Source of the DNA: an uncultured Verrucomicrobiae bacterium
Lineage (GTDB): Bacteria; Verrucomicrobiota; Verrucomicrobiia; Opitutales; JABDGR01
Reading direction: 5' to 3'
Assembly: GCA_963765205.1 (NCBI GenBank)
Contig: CAVXVB010000009.1
Span: forward strand, 1,248,001 to 1,312,000
DNA: 64,000 nucleotides
In this document: one piece after another, positions 58,370 through 64,000 of the stretch
How positions within the stretch are numbered: the first letter of the stretch is position 1
Layout: each line of letters begins with the position of its first letter
Made by a program: the position numbers and the translations under genes
The notes under the pieces: model-generated
The model's input: the letters and a program-made list of their open reading frames with translations, nothing else
Database searches by the model: none
What the model was told of the DNA's origin: nothing

Positions 58370-59376
58370 AAACCCACCTGCGCCACTTTTTTGCCGGCTT
58401 GCTTGCGCTGCTGTTGCTGCCGCTGGGGGCCCATGCGCAACCACCGCCCCCTCCGATCAACCCGGGTGGGAATTTTGGCGGGAATTTTGGCGGGCGCCGC
58501 GGCGGCGGCGCGGGTGGCCTTGGCGGCGGCTTTGGTGGCCGCCGGGGTGGAGGTGGCGGAGGACTGGGCGGAGGAGGATTCGGCGGTGCCGGGGGCAACC
58601 GCGCCTACACCATCCGCGACCCGGCCGATCTCCAACTCATCGAAGACATGGAAAAGGCGCTCGACCCCGCCTTCGTTAATGACGTGTTCACTTTCTCGCG
58701 CCTCAAGTATAATTACGAAAACATGGGTCGCGGGCGTTATTGGGACGACGATTCGCCGGACGCGGACCTAAACCTCGAGTTCCGCCTCTTCCAAGCCACC
58801 AGCCTCAAGATGCATCCGGGCTACAATTACATTGATATTGACCCGAAGCAGTTGGCGAAAAATCCCTTTGTGTATATGACGCTGACGCGCGGCATGGCGC
58901 TGTCGGACGACGATGTCAAAGTCCTGCACGACTACCTGATGAACGGCGGCTTCCTGATGGCGGAGGATTTTTGGGGCGACTCGATGTGGCAATTCGTCCA
59001 GCAGCAGTTCAAACGGATTTTCCCCGACCAGGATCTGGCCGACCAGGAACTGCCCCTGGCCCACCCGATTTTCCATGTGGTCTTCGATTTCAAATACCTG
59101 CCACAAATGCCCAGCGCCGGCTTCGGTTACCAGGGTCTGCCCTATGACAACGCGGACTATTACCCCAGCGCCGCCTTCCCCGAGGGCGACCACTACCCCC
59201 ACTACTACGCGCTGTATGACGACCACGACCGCATCGTGGCGCTCATCTGCCGCAACAACCACTACGGCGACGGCTGGGAGCACGAGGGCGACAACCACGA
59301 ATACTTTGACCGTTTCTCCATGCCCCAGGCCTACCCGATGTTTATAAACATTTTGTATTATGCGATAACGAACTGA
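58366..59376 (+). CDS. DUF4159-domain secreted protein
   Basis: FTFSRLKY, PFVYM, YLMNGGFLMAEDFWG, HPIFH, GDGWE, INILYYA; Gly-rich N-terminal linker. Confidence 0.85.
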   Translation: MKTHLRHFFAGLLALLLLPLGAHAQPPPPPINPGGNFGGNFGGRRGGGAGGLGGGFGGRRGGGGGGLGGGGFGGAGGNRAYTIRDPADLQLIEDMEKALDPAFVNDVFTFSRLKYNYENMGRGRYWDDDSPDADLNLEFRLFQATSLKMHPGYNYIDIDPKQLAKNPFVYMTLTRGMALSDDDVKVLHDYLMNGGFLMAEDFWGDSMWQFVQQQFKRIFPDQDLADQELPLAHPIFHVVFDFKYLPQMPSAGFGYQGLPYDNADYYPSAAFPEGDHYPHYYALYDDHDRIVALICRNNHYGDGWEHEGDNHEYFDRFSMPQAYPMFINILYYAITN

Positions 59377-59442
59377 TTCCGTCCGGCCAAACCCAACCCA
59401 CTCAACCTCCCGCCCAACCCCTACCCCCTCAACCCAACCACC

Positions 59443-60444
59443 GTGGATACCTCCAATATCTCCTCCGAACAAGCCGCGTTTGAAAGCCTGCAAAAGGGCC
59501 GCGCACGCCTCGAAACCGAACTCGGCAAGGTCGTCATCGGCCAGCGCGATGTGATCGAGCAACTGCTCCTGGCGATGATCGCCGGCGGCCACTGCCTCAT
59601 CACCGGCGCGCCCGGCCTGGCCAAGACGCTCCTCGTCAAGACCATCGCCGGCGCCTTCCAACTCCAATTCCAGCGCATCCAGTTCACGCCCGACCTGATG
59701 CCCGCCGACATCACCGGCACGGAGATTTTGACCGAGACCGACCAGGGCCGCAAACTCACCTTCGTCCCCGGCCCGATTTTCGGCAATATAATTCTGGCCG
59801 ACGAAATCAACCGCACCCCGCCCAAGACCCAGGCCGCCCTCCTTGAGGCGATGCAGGAACACCAGGTGACCGCCGCCGGCGTGCGCCACGCCTTGAGCGA
59901 GCCGTTCTTCGTCCTCGCCACGCAAAATCCGGTCGAGATGGAGGGCACCTACCCGTTGCCCGAAGCGCAGCTCGACCGCTTCCTTTTTAATGTGCTGATT
60001 GATTACCTGCCCGAGAAGGACGAAGTCGCCGTCGTGCAGCAGACGACCTCGCGCGCGGCGCAGGCCGTGCAGGGCGTGTTCAGCGGCGCGGACGTGCTGC
60101 GGTTCCAGGAACTCGTCCGCCGCGTGCCCGTGGCGGAGGACGTGATTCGCTACGCCGTGAAACTCACCGCCAGTTCGCGCCCGAAAGCCGCCGGCGCGCC
60201 GGACTTTGTGAAGAACTGGATCAACTGGGGCGCGGGTACCCGCGCGGCGCAGGCCCTCGTCATCGGCGCGAAGGCCCGCGTGCTCTGGCGCGGCGCCACC
60301 CACGTCACCGGCGACGACATCCGCGCGCTGGCCGCCCCCGTCTTCCGCCACCGCCTCCTCCTGAACTACCGCGCCGAAGCCGACGGCGTCTCCGTCGAGC
60401 AGGTCATCCAGAAACTCGTGGAGGCATTACCGAAAAGTGTGTGA
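59443..60444 (+). CDS. MoxR family AAA+ ATPase
   Basis: GAPGLAKT, RIQFTPDLMPADITG, ADEINRTPPKTQAALLEAMQE, ATQNP, EGTYPLPEAQLDRF. Confidence 0.95.
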   Translation: MDTSNISSEQAAFESLQKGRARLETELGKVVIGQRDVIEQLLLAMIAGGHCLITGAPGLAKTLLVKTIAGAFQLQFQRIQFTPDLMPADITGTEILTETDQGRKLTFVPGPIFGNIILADEINRTPPKTQAALLEAMQEHQVTAAGVRHALSEPFFVLATQNPVEMEGTYPLPEAQLDRFLFNVLIDYLPEKDEVAVVQQTTSRAAQAVQGVFSGADVLRFQELVRRVPVAEDVIRYAVKLTASSRPKAAGAPDFVKNWINWGAGTRAAQALVIGAKARVLWRGATHVTGDDIRALAAPVFRHRLLLNYRAEADGVSVEQVIQKLVEALPKSV

Positions 60445-60450
60445 TTTAAC

Positions 60451-60746
60451 ATGAATTCACAGATTCAAATGAGTCCTTCATTTCGACTCGTACCGAGTAT
60501 GTCGTACTTGTTTTTGGACTATCTTTGATTTCTTTCCTGGTGAGTCTGCTGCCTGTCGTTTTTCCAAGACAGTTTTCAATTTACCATATGGATCAGCAAG
60601 TCTTTGGGTTTTCAGAATCTGATATAAAAAATTCTGAGCCATCTATTGCGTTATTTTTCTTCTTTCTTGTGACAATAAGCGGACTAGCGCTCTTGATTGT
60701 CTCTCTTATTCGAAAGCGATCTCTCAAAACCGCTACTAAAAGATAA
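60451..60746 (+). other. AT-rich insert containing a short hydrophobic ORF (60525-60746)
   Basis: Abrupt GC drop between moxR and DUF58; ORF has two hydrophobic stretches. Confidence 0.5.
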
Positions 60747-60750
60747 ATTT

Positions 60751-61683
60751 ATGGTCGCCGACTATCAGTTGCCCGCGCAGGGCCTCGACCCCATGGCCCT
60801 GTTTGCCATTCAGGACCTGGAGTTGCGCGCGCGCGTGGTGGTCGAGGGGCTGTGGTCGGGCCTGCACCGCAGCCCGTATGCCGGATTTTCCGTTGAGTTC
60901 ACGGAATACCGCCAATACAGCCCGGGCGACGACTTGCGCTACCTAGACTGGAAATTGCTCGCGCGCAGCGACCGCTCCTACATCAAAAAATTCGAGGACG
61001 AAACGAACCTGCGCTGCCTCATCCTGGTGGACACCAGCCGCTCGATGCTCTTCGGCTCGCGGGGCTGGAGCAAGGCGGCCTATGCCCGCACGCTCGCGGC
61101 GACCTTTGCCTATTTCCTCGGCCAGCAGCGCAACGTCGTCGGCCTCGCGCTCTTTGACCGCAAAGTGCATGAGTATCTGCCGCCGCGCTGGAAACCCGGC
61201 CACATCCGCCACATGATGGCATTGCTCGAACGCGAGCCGGAGGGCCGCGAATCGCGCCTGAGCGACGCGCTCGACGAAGTGGCGATGCTCTGCCGCAGGC
61301 GCAGCCTCGTGCTGATCCTGTCGGATTTCCTCGCGCCAGTCAGCGAATGGGAGCCGGCGCTCGCGCGGCTCTCGGTCGCGCGGCATGACGTGCGCGCGCT
61401 CCAAGTGCTCGACCCGGCGGAAGTGGACCTCGATTTCGGCCAGACTGCGGTGTGGGAGGACATGGAGACCAGCCGCCGCGTTTACGTGGACCCCGAGCAG
61501 GCGCGCACCGGCTACCGCCAGCGGTTTGGCGCGCACCAAGCCGAGTTGAAGGCCGCGCTCGAAAAACGTGGCATCATCCACCAAATCGCCGTCACCAACC
61601 AGCCACTCGATTTCGTGCTGCTCGAATTGCTCCAAGCCAGCCACACGCGCCGCGCCGACGCGCGCCGGAGGACCCAGCTATGA
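60751..61683 (+). CDS. DUF58 (vWA-like) protein
   Basis: GLHRSPYAGFSVEFTEYRQYSPGDDLRYLDWK, DTSRSM, LSDF. Confidence 0.93.
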   Translation: MVADYQLPAQGLDPMALFAIQDLELRARVVVEGLWSGLHRSPYAGFSVEFTEYRQYSPGDDLRYLDWKLLARSDRSYIKKFEDETNLRCLILVDTSRSMLFGSRGWSKAAYARTLAATFAYFLGQQRNVVGLALFDRKVHEYLPPRWKPGHIRHMMALLEREPEGRESRLSDALDEVAMLCRRRSLVLILSDFLAPVSEWEPALARLSVARHDVRALQVLDPAEVDLDFGQTAVWEDMETSRRVYVDPEQARTGYRQRFGAHQAELKAALEKRGIIHQIAVTNQPLDFVLLELLQASHTRRADARRRTQL

Positions 61684-63752
61684 ATTTCCTGTCCCCCTGG
61701 TTCCTCCTCGGCGCGGCGTTGATTGCCGGGCCGATTATCGCGCACCTCATCCGGCAGGTGACGCGCAAGAAAATCACGTTCAGCGCGACGCGCTTCCTCA
61801 ACCCCTCGCCGCCGCAAATGGACCGGCGCAACCGCCTCGAGCACCCATGGCTGCTGTTGTTGCGCTGCCTCATCGTCCTCGCGCTGGCGTTTGCTTTTGC
61901 GCGGCCGTATATGAAGCACGACCTGCCGGTGATCATCGCGCCGACCCCGCCGCAGAGCGTGAGCGCGGTGCTCGATCAAAGCGCCTCGATGCAGCGCGCG
62001 GGCCTCTGGGACGCGGCTTGCAAAAAAATCGAGGAGGCCGCGGACGCCCTCGGCCCGAACGACCAATTCGCGCTCTTCGGCGTCTCGGGTGACGTGAAGG
62101 AACTCATCAGCCATGAACGCTGGCTGGCCACGCCCGTGCCCAATCGCGGCGCCCTCGTGCGCAGCGTCCTCGCCGACCAAAAACCTGGCTGGGGGCCGAA
62201 GAACCTCGACACCGCCATCGAAGCTGCCGCCGGCGAATGGGAGGCCATGACCGAAGCCGCCAACAACGCGACCCGCAAGAAAATCGTCGTCGCGTCCGAC
62301 TTTGCCCAAGGCGGGCGCGTCTCCGGCCTGGCGGGCATGAACTGGCCCCAGGGGTGCGAAGTGAATTTGCAGCCCGTCACCCCCGACCATCCCGGCGACG
62401 CGGGGCTGCACTGGCTAAGCTGGTCGGACACGGACAACGGCCCGACTCTGCGCGTGCTCGTGTCGCAAAGCGCGAAAAGCACGGCGACCGCGCTCAGTTT
62501 GCAATTGCGCGACGCGCAGACCAACGCACCCATCGGCGACCCACAGAAGCTGACCATCGAGGCCAAAGACCAGCAAATCGCCATTTTCCAAGTGCCACCG
62601 GACGCGGCGGATAAACCACTGCGCGTGGACCTCACGGGCGACGAGGAAAATTTCGACAACACGGTGTGGGCCGTGCATCCCACGCCGCGCGCGATGGCGC
62701 TCGTATATTACGGCGGCCACGCGTCCAACGACATCAAGCATGCGCGCTTTTACCTCGAACGCGCCGTCGCTGGCTGGAAGGACCCCGTCGTCCATCTCGT
62801 GACCGAGCCGGACGCCGCCGCCAAGCCCGGCGCGGAGTTCTTTTTCGTGGCCGGCCCGATTGACGCCGCGGCGACGGACGCCCTGCGCAAAAAACTCGCC
62901 GCCGGCGATTTCGCCATCGTCTTGCTCAACGACCCAGCCATGGTCGCCACCGCCGCCGCCGTGGTCGGCGAAACCGGCTGGGCGCCGATCACGCCTGCGC
63001 AAAAAAATCCCCTGTTCGGACAGATTGATTTCCAACACCCGCTTTTTTCGCTGTTCGCCGATCCCCATTATAGCGACTTCACGCACATCCAGTTCTGGCA
63101 GTCGCAATCGGTCAAGCTGCCGGACAAGACGGCGGCGGTCATTGCGGCGAAATTTGACGATGGCTCGCCTGCGGTGCTCGAAGCGCCGGTGGGCAAGGGC
63201 CGCGTGGTCATCTGGGGCGGCGATTGGGCGACGGCCGCGGGTTCGTGGGTGCTGTCCACCAAGTTCGTGCCCTGGTTGCAGGCGCTGTTCGAGCGCGAAG
63301 CGGGCGGTGCCCTGCGTCCCTCGGTCGCCGAAATCGGCGACACCGCGCGGCTGCTCGGCGGCGAGCCGGCCAAATGGCGCGCGCTGGACGCCCCGGCAGG
63401 CACCTTTGTCGAAACCACCCCCACCCTACCCGGGGTTTATCAAGTGCAACAGGACGACACCACCCGCTGGGTCGCCCTGGAAGTGCCCGCCGCCGCCAGC
63501 AACATCGAACCGATGACCACCGAAGCATGGGAAAAATTGGGTGTGCCCCTCCACGCCTCCCCCTTGACCGCCGCCACGCCCATCGCCGCGCCGGTCGGGC
63601 AGGATCAAACTGCCGACGCCCTCGAAGCGCGCCAAAAACTGTGGCGCTGGACGCTGCTGGGGGCTGTTTTTCTGCTGGCTTTCGAGAGCATCTATTCTCT
63701 CGCCCTTTCCCGCCGACGTGAGCAAAATACTGCTGCTGAGGCTTCCACCTGA
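61680..63752 (+). CDS. BatA-domain/vWA membrane protein
   Basis: MNFLSPWFLLG...PIIAHL, LLLLRCL...AFARP, DQSASM MIDAS, C-terminal LWRW TM; ATGA overlap with DUF58. Confidence 0.9.
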   Translation: MNFLSPWFLLGAALIAGPIIAHLIRQVTRKKITFSATRFLNPSPPQMDRRNRLEHPWLLLLRCLIVLALAFAFARPYMKHDLPVIIAPTPPQSVSAVLDQSASMQRAGLWDAACKKIEEAADALGPNDQFALFGVSGDVKELISHERWLATPVPNRGALVRSVLADQKPGWGPKNLDTAIEAAAGEWEAMTEAANNATRKKIVVASDFAQGGRVSGLAGMNWPQGCEVNLQPVTPDHPGDAGLHWLSWSDTDNGPTLRVLVSQSAKSTATALSLQLRDAQTNAPIGDPQKLTIEAKDQQIAIFQVPPDAADKPLRVDLTGDEENFDNTVWAVHPTPRAMALVYYGGHASNDIKHARFYLERAVAGWKDPVVHLVTEPDAAAKPGAEFFFVAGPIDAAATDALRKKLAAGDFAIVLLNDPAMVATAAAVVGETGWAPITPAQKNPLFGQIDFQHPLFSLFADPHYSDFTHIQFWQSQSVKLPDKTAAVIAAKFDDGSPAVLEAPVGKGRVVIWGGDWATAAGSWVLSTKFVPWLQALFEREAGGALRPSVAEIGDTARLLGGEPAKWRALDAPAGTFVETTPTLPGVYQVQQDDTTRWVALEVPAAASNIEPMTTEAWEKLGVPLHASPLTAATPIAAPVGQDQTADALEARQKLWRWTLLGAVFLLAFESIYSLALSRRREQNTAAEAST

Positions 63753-63760
63753 ACACCGCC

Positions 63761-64000
63761 ATGAAAACCGAACCTCCTCCTGCCATTCAATCTGAGTTGG
63801 GTTATTTGTTGAGCGGTGTTGCGCGCGAGCTGCGCGCCCTGCGCCTGCACCGGCGTGGCATCCGGCGCTGGGCCGTGGTTGCGGTGGCCGCGTTTGTCCT
63901 GCTCCAAGTGAAAGACGATGTCGCTGCGTTCGCCCCCTACTCCCTGCCGGTTCTGGGACTGTTGCTGGTCGCCGCCATTTTCCGCAGCATCCAGGTTGCG
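63761..64000 (+). CDS. Next operon gene (membrane protein), runs off the window end
   Basis: ATG 8 bp after the BatA stop; open to the end with hydrophobic segments. Confidence 0.7.
   Translation, partial: MKTEPPPAIQSELGYLLSGVARELRALRLHRRGIRRWAVVAVAAFVLLQVKDDVAAFAPYSLPVLGLLLVAAIFRSIQVA

Noticed and set aside
55694..58444. 916-aa minus-strand ORF, and similar long antisense ORFs at 3925-5385, 7718-8959, 45420-47291 and 58768-60351
   Set aside because: Antisense shadows of real high-GC genes; no recognisable motifs.
58460..58600. GGC-rich repeats here and at 10500-10590 as DNA repeat elements
   Set aside because: They encode in-frame glycine-rich protein segments.

Overview
GC-rich bacterial chromosome segment, probably Verrucomicrobia (Opitutae-like). 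This is inferred from the lpxC-fabZ fusion, the glycine-tailed RRM protein, the MoxR/DUF58/BatA/DUF4159 cluster and the style of the intergenic repeats. It carries housekeeping genes (fumC, rfaE1-like, M24 peptidase, lpxC-fabZ, S41 protease, aroC, ABC-F), a BsuBI/PstI-like type II R-M pair and a ~15 kb pectin/hexuronate locus (eda, GH88, kduI, kduD, GH105-GH28 fusion, GH28, ExuT-like MFS, GH43). Mobile DNA comprises two near-identical IS5-family copies, an internally deleted IS1-family cargo element with an 8-bp target duplication, and a RAYT/Y1 transposase. The most striking feature, invisible in the ORF track, is a compact array of 12 tRNA genes (39772-40740), one per amino acid, plus a 13th cut off by the RAYT element. 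Every member replaces T-loop U55 with G, and most replace the D-loop GG with AG: a coordinated non-canonical tRNA elbow. Many intergenic regions hold inverted, sometimes nested, 7- and 9-mer tandem arrays. Several single-base frameshifts in otherwise intact genes suggest assembly indel errors. All calls come from reading the sequence by eye; no searches were run.
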